Below are positions 36,827 through 46,077 of a DNA stretch of 46,077 bases, piece after piece. Below the pieces are notes generated by a model that searched no databases, was not told the DNA's origin, and saw nothing but the letters and a program-made list of their open reading frames with translations. This DNA is from Silvanigrellaceae bacterium. GTDB lineage: Bacteria > Bdellovibrionota_B > Oligoflexia > Silvanigrellales > Silvanigrellaceae. The position numbers and the translations under genes are program-made. Every line of letters begins with the position of its first letter. Position 1 is the first letter of the stretch. The stretch lies in assembly GCA_049423385.1 (NCBI GenBank), contig JBMSQQ010000015.1, positions 1 through 46,077 of the forward strand, written 5' to 3'.

Positions 36827-38179
36827 TCAGGAACGGTTCAGGTTCGTAAAGTAGATTGCCCGGATATCAAGTCCGCCGAGCGTCAGGTGCTCGCAAATTT
36901 GCCTGAGTTGTCGAAGTTCCTTTTGAATGGCGCGCCAAGTCTCCTCGCTGGGACAAAGTACAACACCGCATGCTTTGCCATTCTTCCTCGAGAGAGAAAG
37001 CATCATATCGGCGAGGCGTGATCCAAACTGTTGATAGAGTTTTTCACTGCCGCCGCGGGACTCATTCGACATGCGGATTCCAAACGGGGGGTTCGCAAGA
37101 ATCCAAAGGCAATCACCTGAGGAAACTTTCGCAAGATGCATGTTTGGCTTGCACGAGTCGACCAGAAAGCTCGCGGCCTCCGCCTTTATCGGGATTCTTG
37201 CTTGTGCCTCGGCAAACCATTTGGCCGTCGCTGTGCAAAGAGCGGGATCAAGGTCTTCTCCGAAAAATGAAACACTTTTAACGCTCCCGCTCATGGCCTG
37301 TTCCAGGTTGCCCAGCTTTTTTTTACGCACATGAGCAAATGACTTTTCCTTGAAAAATGGCAAGCATGGATAAGACCAACGCGAGATTTCGGATAACAAT
37401 TGCGAGCATTTTGTAATGGAAAGCGCAGACTCATGCAGAAGGGTTCCGGTACCGCAAAATGGATTCAACACGTGTGATGGAGTTTCAATTCCGAGTTGTT
37501 CCTTGCTGATTTCCGCCAGGCGTTGCACGAGGCATGATGCGATGTCTTCGCGCAGGGGCGCTGCATGCTGAAAGGTTTGCTTGTGTCCACGCTTCCAAAA
37601 CGAACGCCCACCAAGGGAAACAAAGATTTCCAGGACCTCTCTTTCAAGAGTGATATCCAGAGCAACGGGCTCTCCTTTTTCACTTCGAGCAGTTTCATTT
37701 TTTCCCTGAAACTTGATTTTGCTGAGGGCATCCAAAAACAATCTTTTGATGCGGCCTTCGTGATAAAGCTGACTGTTGAGTGAATCGACACGCACATCCA
37801 ATGATTTCCCGTCAACGACTGGCAACCACAACTGCCAATCGGTTTCGGAGACAATTTTTTCGAGTTTTGATTCAGCAGAGCATCGTGATCTCAGTATCCT
37901 GATTTTGATGTCCGAGAACACGAGGCCTTCGAACAGCAGCTCATGAACCGCATCGAATGGCAGATTTTCAATCCTCACATTGTTACCGTGGATTTCGACC
38001 TTTGTCTGGGCCTGCGGATCACTTGAGGTGTGGCCCGTGAGAAGTGTCTCGACAAAGCGTTTGCCAAGCTCGACAAATCCTGGAGGAATTGAACACTCCA
38101 CTGTGTGGAGCTGCGCGTGGATGTGTTTTTTGATTCTGCGTTCAAGTGCCTTGTCTGCCAAAATCGCATTCCCTTTCAT
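36827..38179 (-). CDS. THUMP-containing RlmL/YpsC-like RNA m2G methyltransferase
   Basis: KRGHK...APLREDIA, NPFCGTGTLLHE, GEDLD, ANPPFGIRM, LGGL. Confidence 0.85.
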   Translation of the reverse strand: MKGNAILADKALERRIKKHIHAQLHTVECSIPPGFVELGKRFVETLLTGHTSSDPQAQTKVEIHGNNVRIENLPFDAVHELLFEGLVFSDIKIRILRSRCSAESKLEKIVSETDWQLWLPVVDGKSLDVRVDSLNSQLYHEGRIKRLFLDALSKIKFQGKNETARSEKGEPVALDITLEREVLEIFVSLGGRSFWKRGHKQTFQHAAPLREDIASCLVQRLAEISKEQLGIETPSHVLNPFCGTGTLLHESALSITKCSQLLSEISRWSYPCLPFFKEKSFAHVRKKKLGNLEQAMSGSVKSVSFFGEDLDPALCTATAKWFAEAQARIPIKAEAASFLVDSCKPNMHLAKVSSGDCLWILANPPFGIRMSNESRGGSEKLYQQFGSRLADMMLSLSRKNGKACGVVLCPSEETWRAIQKELRQLRQICEHLTLGGLDIRAIYFTNLNRS

Positions 38180-39459
38180 TTTCGTTCACCGATTCTTCGA
38201 TTCTGGGAATCCGCGATTCTTGCTGTCAATTGTTCCCAGTCTTCTCCAACCGAGACGCTCAGTTCCAGAGATTCTCCTGCCGCGGGGAGTTTTCTCAATG
38301 GAACGATGATGGGACTCCAGTGGTCACATTGGTCTGCCTCACCTGGGATATTTGAAATCGAAATATTTTCTGTCAAATGCGCACGGAATCCAAGAATGAG
38401 AACCGGGCAACGCAACGATTGGTTCACATCGAGCCTTGATTTGCCTACAGGCGCACTTTTTCCAGCAGCAGGCGGTGGTGCCAAGGGGACTGTGAACATT
38501 GATTTCGGGCGGCTCACTGCTTCGTAATCGCCAGCGCGAACTGGATGTGCGAAAGAAATATTGGAGAAATCCAGCTGCTCGCGAATGCGCAGCACCGGCT
38601 TCAGCCAGTCGGCATCGTTTTTACCTGACACCTTGTTCAGCAGTTCAATGCGGTTCTTCAAGGGGCCTTGCTGAAGGTCGACAAGTTGAGCAAAAATTTC
38701 CACGGATTCAGGTATGCCTTTCACCTTCTGTTTGCCCAGTCGGGAAAAAACATCGCGCAGGGTTGGCACGACCCCTTCCTGGAAGGGGTCGTTTCCAAAC
38801 AATTCGCTTACAACGTGGGTTATACCCACCGGAAGATTCACATCGGATGAATTGTTGTGATGCACGATCAGTTTCTGTTTGTCCTTTGCCGGAAGCGAAT
38901 CCCTGACCTTTTTCAGAATTTTGACCGAACCCGTTTCCTCGACGGCATCAACTTGCTGCGCGCCTGCCGCCAAAGCGTGAAGTGCCAGCAATCCGGTTCC
39001 GGAACCCACATCCACGACCTTTGATTTCTCATTGACCGATCGTTTGATCGCTTTCTCGTAGGCTGCGCAGCGCGGCGCGTCCGCGAGCATCGCCCATTGG
39101 ATCCACGGGTCGCCAAAACCATCCAGAATACCGTCGTTGGTCTGCTCCCCGGTCGAGGTTTCAACCAGGCATTGGGCAGCCTTCATTTCCATGATGAGCT
39201 GATCGATTTCTTCCTGATGAGGCAAGCCGGAGACAATTTCCCGGAAGTCCTGGCGCAGACGACCCGACAATGCCGAAGGCTGGACCCCTTGCTGAACAAG
39301 GCAAAGAAGTTGAACAATTTCAGGCGTTAGATTGAATTCTCCAGCAGATGCGGAGACGCGAGCCCTGAGCAATCCCTGCTCGTCGATTCTGAGCCGCAGC
39401 GCGGACGAAGGTCGCACTGAGGCTTTTTTGCTGGTTTTTTGCGGGTTTTTGGAAGTCAC
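38176..39459 (-). CDS. PRMT-like class I SAM-dependent methyltransferase
   Basis: MLADAPRCAAYEKAI, VVDVGSGTGLL, VDAVE, VVSELFGNDPFQEG, GIP, GFRAHL, DHW. Confidence 0.82.
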   Translation of the reverse strand: MTSKNPQKTSKKASVRPSSALRLRIDEQGLLRARVSASAGEFNLTPEIVQLLCLVQQGVQPSALSGRLRQDFREIVSGLPHQEEIDQLIMEMKAAQCLVETSTGEQTNDGILDGFGDPWIQWAMLADAPRCAAYEKAIKRSVNEKSKVVDVGSGTGLLALHALAAGAQQVDAVEETGSVKILKKVRDSLPAKDKQKLIVHHNNSSDVNLPVGITHVVSELFGNDPFQEGVVPTLRDVFSRLGKQKVKGIPESVEIFAQLVDLQQGPLKNRIELLNKVSGKNDADWLKPVLRIREQLDFSNISFAHPVRAGDYEAVSRPKSMFTVPLAPPPAAGKSAPVGKSRLDVNQSLRCPVLILGFRAHLTENISISNIPGEADQCDHWSPIIVPLRKLPAAGESLELSVSVGEDWEQLTARIADSQNRRIGERK

Positions 39460-39560
39460 AAAGATCTCCCCGGGTGTCTTTGCCCATCGTGGTAAATCGG
39501 ATATGAAGCCCCGGAAGAAGACAGTGTCCGAACAATGCTATCCGGGAGCTCATCCAAACC

Positions 39561-40565
39561 ATGAAACTAGACAACATTCTACAGGCCATCGGCAAGACCC
39601 CCCTCGTGCGAGTCAATCGCCTTTTCAAGGACAGTCCTGTGGAAGTGTGGGCAAAATGCGAATTTCTCAATCCCGGGGGCAGTGTCAAGGATCGCATCGG
39701 GTACAGAATGGTCATCGATGCCCAGAATGCCGGTCGCATCAAGCCCGGTGACACGCTCATTGAACCAACCAGCGGAAACACAGGTATTGGCATTGCACTC
39801 GCAGGCGCCGTTCTGGGTTATCGAGTCATCATCACCATGCCCATGAAAATGTCCCGTGAAAAACAGGTTGCTCTCGAGGCATTGGGAGCCGAGATTGTCC
39901 GCACTCCCACAGAGGCAGCATTCGACTCGCCCGAAAGTCACATCTCCATAGCCAAGAAGCTCAACCACTTGATTCCCAATTCGCACATTCTCGATCAATA
40001 CGGCAATCCATCCAATCCACGTGCGCACGAAGACGGAACGGCCTTGGAAATTGTTGAAGACATGGGTGGTGTGCCAGACGTTGTTGTCATGACGGCCGGA
40101 ACGGGCGGGACAATCACGGGCGTTGCCCGCAAGCTGAAACAACTGCGTCCGGATGTGCATATTGTCGGTGGAGACCCTGAGGGCAGTATTCTTGCAGGTG
40201 GCACGGAAGTTGGCACTTACCACGTTGAAGGTATTGGCTACGACTTTATTCCCGATGTATTGGACCGCAAGTTGATCGACACATGGGTCAAGACCAACGA
40301 CCGCGAAAGCTTCACATGGGCTCGCCGGGCGATGCGTGAGGAAGGTTTCCTGTGCGGAGGCAGCTGTGGTTCTGCACTGATGGCCGCTGCAAAAGTCATT
40401 CCGACGCTCAAACGTGGCAGTCGGGTGGTTGTTCTTCTGCCCGACGGAATCCGCAACTACATGAGCAAATTTGCCGACAACAACTGGCTCAACGCCCATG
40501 GCTTTGAAGGTGTTGCACCCACAGTGCCAACTTATGCTGCCGATCTGTTGCAGGCGAATTCATGA
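39561..40565 (+). CDS. PLP-dependent cystathionine beta-synthase / cysteine synthase family protein
   Basis: [69 protein letters not shown] (CBS-type). Confidence 0.93.
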   Translation: MKLDNILQAIGKTPLVRVNRLFKDSPVEVWAKCEFLNPGGSVKDRIGYRMVIDAQNAGRIKPGDTLIEPTSGNTGIGIALAGAVLGYRVIITMPMKMSREKQVALEALGAEIVRTPTEAAFDSPESHISIAKKLNHLIPNSHILDQYGNPSNPRAHEDGTALEIVEDMGGVPDVVVMTAGTGGTITGVARKLKQLRPDVHIVGGDPEGSILAGGTEVGTYHVEGIGYDFIPDVLDRKLIDTWVKTNDRESFTWARRAMREEGFLCGGSCGSALMAAAKVIPTLKRGSRVVVLLPDGIRNYMSKFADNNWLNAHGFEGVAPTVPTYAADLLQANS

Positions 40566-41050
40566 AAACGCGGGTGCTTTTGTTCTGCAGAGAGACCGTT
40601 GATTCAAGCCCGACAGGCGGACAGATACTGTTTGCCCGTTTATCCGAGACGTTGCTGCTCGACTTGCCCGATCAAATGGGCGTTGAAGACTTTGCCCTTA
40701 AACTTGGGCTGAAGCGTCATTCAAAGTTCGATTGGTCGGTTGGTGAAATGGGTCGAAAGGCGACGCTGCTGGAGTGCCTTGGTGCCCGCACCTCACGGCT
40801 TGAATTGGATGCGCAACATTCATGGTCGCTGACGTGGGACAGTTTCCGCAACACTGCAGCGGCCTTCAAGGATGGAACTGATCGACGATTCCTTCAACTG
40901 GCAGTCCAGTTTCTGGCATCAGGTGCCGAGGTCGATGACTCCGTTGTGGCTGCCGATTACGACGCTGAATTTATACAGTCGCTGCAAAAGACTCTGGCAG
41001 ACAAGAATTCAGCCGAGAACTCGTCGGGTCAGGAGCCCGACAAAAAGTAA
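40562..41050 (+). CDS. Hypothetical protein
   Basis: 162-aa ORF coupled by an ATGA overlap to the CBS-like gene; fills the gap to the convergent gene. Confidence 0.7.
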   Translation: MKTRVLLFCRETVDSSPTGGQILFARLSETLLLDLPDQMGVEDFALKLGLKRHSKFDWSVGEMGRKATLLECLGARTSRLELDAQHSWSLTWDSFRNTAAAFKDGTDRRFLQLAVQFLASGAEVDDSVVAADYDAEFIQSLQKTLADKNSAENSSGQEPDKK

Positions 41051-41065
41051 TCACATTTTTTTCTT

Positions 41066-43420
41066 TTACTTGCTTTTCATCACCCAGATGCCATCCCAAC
41101 CCGCGTCGACAGGATGCTCGAGAAAATACTCGCAGCGTTCCAGAAAGATGGAGGAAGGGCCGTCTTGCGGAGACATCTGGAGGACCTGCATGAATAGTGT
41201 CTGAGCCGAGCGAAAATCCCGGTTCCTGTATTTTTCCAATCCGTCCTGAAAGAGCACACGGACCTTTTCTGTTTCTGCTTTCTTTTCAGGTGCAAATCTC
41301 ATGACTTCATGGATGGTGACAGGTTCGTTTTTGCCTTTGACCTTGATCCAGTCCAATTCACGGAGGATAAACTTTTCTGGATTTTTGAGCGATTTTTTGG
41401 TCTGCCCGGAGCAAACAATCCTCACGCCATATTCTTTCGTGATGCCTTCAAGTCGCGAACCGAGGTTCACCGAATCGCCCAGCACGGTATAGTCGAAGCG
41501 CAAATCGGAGCCCATGTTTCCAACAACCATTGGCCCTGTATTGATTCCGCAGCCAATATCAATCGCTGGAAGGCTGCGCGGCTTCCAGCCTTCGCGCAAC
41601 ACATCCAGGGCATCGAGCATCTTGAGGGCCGATTCAAGTGCCTTGTCTGCATGATCATCCATTGGAAGTGGAGCACCCCACACCGCCATGAGTGCATCGC
41701 CAATGTACTTGTCGAGAAGTCCTCCTGAATCGAGAACGATATTGGTCATCGGAGTGAAGTATTCATTGAGCAGCGAAGCCAAAGCCTCGGGCGAAAGCAC
41801 TTCGCTGATGGTTGTAAAGCCGCGCACATCCGAGAAGAACACGGTCAGTTCACGCTTGTCGCCGCCAAGTTTGAGTCCCTCCGGAGAGGCAAGCACCTGT
41901 TTGATGACCGAAGGATTGAGATACCGCTGGAATGCTCCTGTGAGTTCTCGTTTTTCGCGTTCTTCAATGAAGTATTTGTATAGAATAATGCTCAGAAAAA
42001 TCGATGCGTTTTGAATGTGAATCAAGGCAAAGTTGTAGACATCATTTCTTCCAAAGAGGAAATTACGATCAATCATCTCGAGTGCAATGTGGCTGGCGAC
42101 AAGTATCACCAGCGAAAGCAGAGCCGATGCCCGTTGTAGAAGGAAAACCAGCAGCAGACCTGCAATCAAGGCCAGGCCGAGTTCGTTGATGATGAAATAG
42201 GTTGGCCTGTTCAAGAAGTCATTTCGCAAAATGTTTTCGAGAATGGCGAAATGATGCTCCACTCCACTGGCTTGACTATCCAGCGGAGAGGGACGCACGT
42301 CGTGCGCGCCCGTGGCTGTCGACCCCAAAATCAAAACCGGGGGAACGTTTTTTTCCAGATTGTTTTCCGCCGCGTCAGCAAGTGAGATGATTGTCGGAGT
42401 GATTCTATTCTCGGAGTCAATGCTGCGGCCGTAGTGATTGATCAGCATGTGTCCATCCTGGCCCGAGAGTGGCAGTCTTGTCAGATTGCCAGCATCATCA
42501 ACGAGAGACACAGCGTTGATGAAATTTCCATATTCAACCGCAATCTTTTTGTTCAGGTATCGGGAAGCCAGTTGCAGAGCTAGACTGACTGCAAATCGCT
42601 TCGGCTTGCTTTCGTCCATTGCGTTTTCTGCTGGGATTTCCCGGATGAGCTGATATCTGCGCGCAAGTCCGTCATTGTCGGCATCGTTGTTTATGAAGCC
42701 CAGAATTGGTTTTTCACCTGCGATAGCGGGTATATTGACCAACGGGTAATCCGAAGCCACGAGCCTGCCTTCTGCGCCTTGACTTTGCTTGACGAGCTCA
42801 ACAGAGCTGTTGAGCAGCATTTGGTTTGCGGATTTCCAGTCTCTTTCCACTCCTTCGACTTGTTCCGCAGACACAAACATGAATGCCTGAACCACGTTTT
42901 GAAATTCTGCGATGCTGTTGCCGAGCAATTTGTCATTTGGACTGTCCTTCACGAGTCCAGCAATTCCGGCAACAAAGGTCCGGGGGTCGAGCACGCCCTG
43001 CGGAGAGAGACTTTTTTGGAGTATTTCCTGCATGGGATCGAGAGCATCGTTGAGAGTCAATTGCTCGGATTCAAGGAAAAGAACGTCCATGCCTATCCAT
43101 TGCACACCTGCTTTTTTCAGGTTTTTGAATGCATCAACATAAGCAGAGCGTGAGAATGGCCAGCGACCGAATTTCGCGATGCTCTTTTCGTCGATGGCGA
43201 GCAAGCCCACCTTTTCCGATGTTTTACGCGCACCTCTCGACTTGATTCTGTAGTCAAAAACAGTTCGCTCAAGAACGCCAAAGATTCCATTTTGCTGTCC
43301 ATCATGCGAATTGATTGCAACCTTGAAATATTGGATGTTGAAGATGAAAAAAAACAAGGTCACGATCAGGCCGATGTGCCAGGCCTGCAGCCGGATTTTT
43401 TTCGATGATTTTTTGGCCAT
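41066..43420 (-). CDS. CHASE2-domain membrane class III adenylate cyclase
   Basis: AIDEKSI.KFGRWPFSR, D.DGLARRY, GVEHH, TM helices, FFSDVRGFTTISE, LDKYIGDALMA, DYTVLGDSVNLGSRLEG, VKGK. The Lys/Asp pair points to ATP specificity. Confidence 0.93.
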   Translation of the reverse strand: MAKKSSKKIRLQAWHIGLIVTLFFFIFNIQYFKVAINSHDGQQNGIFGVLERTVFDYRIKSRGARKTSEKVGLLAIDEKSIAKFGRWPFSRSAYVDAFKNLKKAGVQWIGMDVLFLESEQLTLNDALDPMQEILQKSLSPQGVLDPRTFVAGIAGLVKDSPNDKLLGNSIAEFQNVVQAFMFVSAEQVEGVERDWKSANQMLLNSSVELVKQSQGAEGRLVASDYPLVNIPAIAGEKPILGFINNDADNDGLARRYQLIREIPAENAMDESKPKRFAVSLALQLASRYLNKKIAVEYGNFINAVSLVDDAGNLTRLPLSGQDGHMLINHYGRSIDSENRITPTIISLADAAENNLEKNVPPVLILGSTATGAHDVRPSPLDSQASGVEHHFAILENILRNDFLNRPTYFIINELGLALIAGLLLVFLLQRASALLSLVILVASHIALEMIDRNFLFGRNDVYNFALIHIQNASIFLSIILYKYFIEEREKRELTGAFQRYLNPSVIKQVLASPEGLKLGGDKRELTVFFSDVRGFTTISEVLSPEALASLLNEYFTPMTNIVLDSGGLLDKYIGDALMAVWGAPLPMDDHADKALESALKMLDALDVLREGWKPRSLPAIDIGCGINTGPMVVGNMGSDLRFDYTVLGDSVNLGSRLEGITKEYGVRIVCSGQTKKSLKNPEKFILRELDWIKVKGKNEPVTIHEVMRFAPEKKAETEKVRVLFQDGLEKYRNRDFRSAQTLFMQVLQMSPQDGPSSIFLERCEYFLEHPVDAGWDGIWVMKSK

Positions 43421-43476
43421 GGCGACTCCCCAGCTCAAACGGCAACAAAGTACCCAGGGATTATAAAGCCAAAAGC

Positions 43477-44262
43477 CTATTGTCGGGTCTGGGTGAGAGT
43501 ATTTTGGCAGCGAACGATTTGAATTGTCGTTTTGCGGATGTTGGGATTGACGACGCCGCTTTGGCTTGCCTCTTCAGGCGAGTTTTCAATCGTCGTTGTG
43601 TGGATCTGCAGGTTATCGAAGGTGCCTTTGAGTTTTTCAAGCGCGGTTGTGTAGCGGAAGCGCTCCGGGTCAGCGATCAGCAAAATTCCTTCCGGCTTGA
43701 GAAGCTCCCTTGCGATGCGCGGCACGCTGTCCAGGTGTGAATCATCGTAAAAAACGTCGCAGGCGATGATGAGATCAAATTTATGGCGCAAATCAGCTGG
43801 CGTGGGCTCACACCAATCGAGGGTTCTGAACGGAACTTTCCCAACCCCCTGCAATTCACAATTTGCATGCAGATAGTCTTCATAAGCGGGTTCATAGTCG
43901 GATGCGGTCAGGTTCCATTGGGTTTGACTCGCCAATAGAGCGGAAAAAAATCCCACGCCGGAACCCAGTTCCAGTGCAGTGACAGTGGCATCCGATTTGT
44001 CTTTTGCGACGGATTGCCAGCGGTCCTCTGCGGCCATCAGCCACTCCCAAAGTGCACGCGCACTGGGCCAAAGAACTGCGCCGAAAGGACAGCGCCGCTC
44101 TTGGTTGAGTTCGGTGTCCGCGTCATTGGCTTCAATAAAACTCTCAAGCAATTTGTCGATGTCGGGCGCCATCCATACAGGCACATTGAGACCCGCCAGT
44201 TTCACCATTCGCTTTTGAGCGCCAGCGAAACTCAGGGCGGGGTGTGGACGTTTGCTTTGCAT
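43477..44262 (-). CDS. Class I SAM methyltransferase (METTL21/Methyltransf_16-like)
   Basis: PFGAVLWPSARAL, ALELGSGVG, SDY, LDW, DLIIACDVFYD, ADPER. Confidence 0.88.
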   Translation of the reverse strand: MQSKRPHPALSFAGAQKRMVKLAGLNVPVWMAPDIDKLLESFIEANDADTELNQERRCPFGAVLWPSARALWEWLMAAEDRWQSVAKDKSDATVTALELGSGVGFFSALLASQTQWNLTASDYEPAYEDYLHANCELQGVGKVPFRTLDWCEPTPADLRHKFDLIIACDVFYDDSHLDSVPRIARELLKPEGILLIADPERFRYTTALEKLKGTFDNLQIHTTTIENSPEEASQSGVVNPNIRKTTIQIVRCQNTLTQTRQ

Positions 44263-44298
44263 GTGTTTTGTCGCGTTCCTGCTGTATTCCCGGGGGAC

Positions 44299-46077
44299 TC
44301 AATTCAACGACACCTGAGCGCTGCTCAGGATGGCTACAGGTACGCGGTAAGGTGAACAGCTGACGTAGTTGACACCCACTTCGTTGAAGAATTCGATCGA
44401 ACGTGGATCTCCGCCGTGTTCACCACAGACACCAACCTTGAGGTTGGGTTTGCGGGCGCGACCTTTTTCTGCGGCCCATTTGATCAACTGACCGACGCCC
44501 TCGGTGTCGACAACCGCGAAAGGGTCGTCGTTCAGAATGTTTTCCTTGGCATAGACTTTCAGGAACGGTGCGCTGTCGTCGCGCGAGAATCCAAAAGTCG
44601 TCTGCGTGAGGTCGTTGGTTCCGAAACTGAAGAAATCCGCGTGTTCGGCAATCTGATTTGCAGTGAGGGCAGCGCGCGGAACTTCAATCATGGTGCCAAA
44701 CGGAATGGCTTCCGATTGTGGTGTGATGTTCAAGGCTGACATCGCCGCGGCGTAGGTTTGATTGGCGAGAGACTCGAGGCGGTCACGAAGCCACTTCAGC
44801 TCTTGCGCATGTCCCACCAGCGGAATCATCACTTCAGGCTTCGCATCAATACCTTGGGCATGCAGTTGCGCTGTGGCCTCGGCGATGGCGCAAACCTGCA
44901 TCTCGTAAATTTCGGGATGACTGATTCCCAGGCGGCAGCCGCGATGTCCGAGCATTGGGTTGGCTTCATGCAGTTGGCCAACGCGTGCACGGATTTCTTC
45001 TGCTTTCATTCCAATTTGCCCTGCCAGCGCCTGAATGTCGCGGTCGGTTTGCGGCAGGAATTCATGCAATGGCGGATCAAGCAGGCGAATGGTGACGGGA
45101 AATCCAGCCATGGCTTTGAGAATTTCGATGAAATCCTCTTTTTGAAAGGGCAGCAGTTTGGCGAGAGCACGCGAGCGTTCTTCACGGTTTTGCGAAAGAA
45201 TCATTTCGCGAACAACCGGAAGACGTGTTTCGTCGAAGAACATGTGTTCAGTGCGGCAAAGGCCAATGCCCTCGGCACCAAACTCGCGGGCAGCAATTGC
45301 ATCACGGGGAGTGTCTGCATTTGCACGAACGTTCATTTCTCCCAGCTCTTTCGCCCATGCCAGGAATGTTGTGAACTCCGGACTGAGGTCTGCTTCGCGG
45401 GTATTGACTTTGCCGAGCATCACTTCGCCGGATGAACCGTCGAGTGTCAGCCAGTCGCCTTCAAAAACCTCGAGTTTACCGACGCGCAGATATTTCTCCC
45501 GTGCATGTATTTGAAGCGCACCACAGCCGGCAATACAGGATTTGCCCATTTGGCGTGCCACAACTGCAGCATGAGAGGTCATGCCTCCACGTGCCGTGAG
45601 GAAACCCTTGGAAACATGCATCCCGCCAATGTCTTCCGGAGATGTTTCATCGCGCACCAGAACAACCGATTCACCGCGCGCAGCCCATGCCTCAGCGTCC
45701 TTCGAATCGAACACGACCCGACCCGAGCAGGCGCCTGGAGATGCGGGCAACCCCTTGGCGATCACTTGTCGATGCGCCCTGGGATCGAGTGTGGGATGCA
45801 GCAGTTTTTCGAGTTCGTTTGGCTTGACCCGCAGGATGGCTTCTTTCTTGCTCAAAAGTCCTTCGCCAACCATATCAACAGCAATCTTCAATGCTGCCTG
45901 GGTAGTGCGCTTTGCATTGCGGGTTTGCAGCAGCCAAAGCTTGCCTTGTTGAACGGTGAACTCAATGTCCTGAACATCCCGGTAGTGGCCTTCCAGAATG
46001 CGTCTCACGCCATTGAGTTGTTCATAAACTGCGGGCATTTCCTTCATCAATGTCGGCAGCGGCTTTGGAGTCCGGAT
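44299..46077 (-). CDS. ppdK: Pyruvate, phosphate dikinase (5' part outside window)
   Basis: DIEFT, LQTR, GLPASPGA, phospho-His motif GGMTSHAAVVAR, GIGLCRTEHMFF, IRLLDPPLHEF, FSFGTNDLTQ, GVCGEHGGDP. Confidence 0.97.
   Translation of the reverse strand: MRTPKPLPTLMKEMPAVYEQLNGVRRILEGHYRDVQDIEFTVQQGKLWLLQTRNAKRTTQAALKIAVDMVGEGLLSKKEAILRVKPNELEKLLHPTLDPRAHRQVIAKGLPASPGACSGRVVFDSKDAEAWAARGESVVLVRDETSPEDIGGMHVSKGFLTARGGMTSHAAVVARQMGKSCIAGCGALQIHAREKYLRVGKLEVFEGDWLTLDGSSGEVMLGKVNTREADLSPEFTTFLAWAKELGEMNVRANADTPRDAIAAREFGAEGIGLCRTEHMFFDETRLPVVREMILSQNREERSRALAKLLPFQKEDFIEILKAMAGFPVTIRLLDPPLHEFLPQTDRDIQALAGQIGMKAEEIRARVGQLHEANPMLGHRGCRLGISHPEIYEMQVCAIAEATAQLHAQGIDAKPEVMIPLVGHAQELKWLRDRLESLANQTYAAAMSALNITPQSEAIPFGTMIEVPRAALTANQIAEHADFFSFGTNDLTQTTFGFSRDDSAPFLKVYAKENILNDDPFAVVDTEGVGQLIKWAAEKGRARKPNLKVGVCGEHGGDPRSIEFFNEVGVNYVSCSPYRVPVAILSSAQVSLN

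Noticed and set aside
38176..39459. Calling the gene prmA (L11 methyltransferase)
   Set aside because: It lacks the PrmA FGTGxHxTT motif and has PRMT-type double-Glu and xHW motifs instead.
39579..40499. 306-aa antisense ORF over the CBS-like gene
   Set aside because: It mirrors a conserved gene codon for codon and has no recognisable motifs; a typical shadow ORF.

Overview
A gene-dense bacterial chromosome segment with about 35 CDS, one tRNA-Gln(CUG), no CRISPR array and no recognisable mobile element. The gene style (CHASE2 cyclase, stand-alone HAMP membrane protein, PilZ protein, secreted trypsin, large orphan lipoproteins) suggests Bdellovibrionota/Oligoflexia or a related deltaproteobacterial lineage; this is inference only. 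Main points of interest: (1) a 1471-aa RND permease fused in frame to a TolC-like outer-membrane factor through a linker resembling an internal cleavable signal peptide, with a truncated periplasmic adaptor upstream; (2) an apparent five-gene operon mmsA-URC1-URC4-upp-udk that looks like a bacterial URC uracil-catabolism pathway ending in acetyl-CoA; (3) a protein arginine methyltransferase (PRMT)-like gene coupled to an RlmL-like RNA methyltransferase; (4) a TonB-dependent receptor/lipoprotein/TonB-like module that shares a 33-bp inverted repeat (peptide PGLVALAIG) with the divergent lipoprotein gene. Both window ends cut genes (UvrD-family helicase on the left, ppdK on the right). All product calls come from motif recognition by eye; no searches were run.
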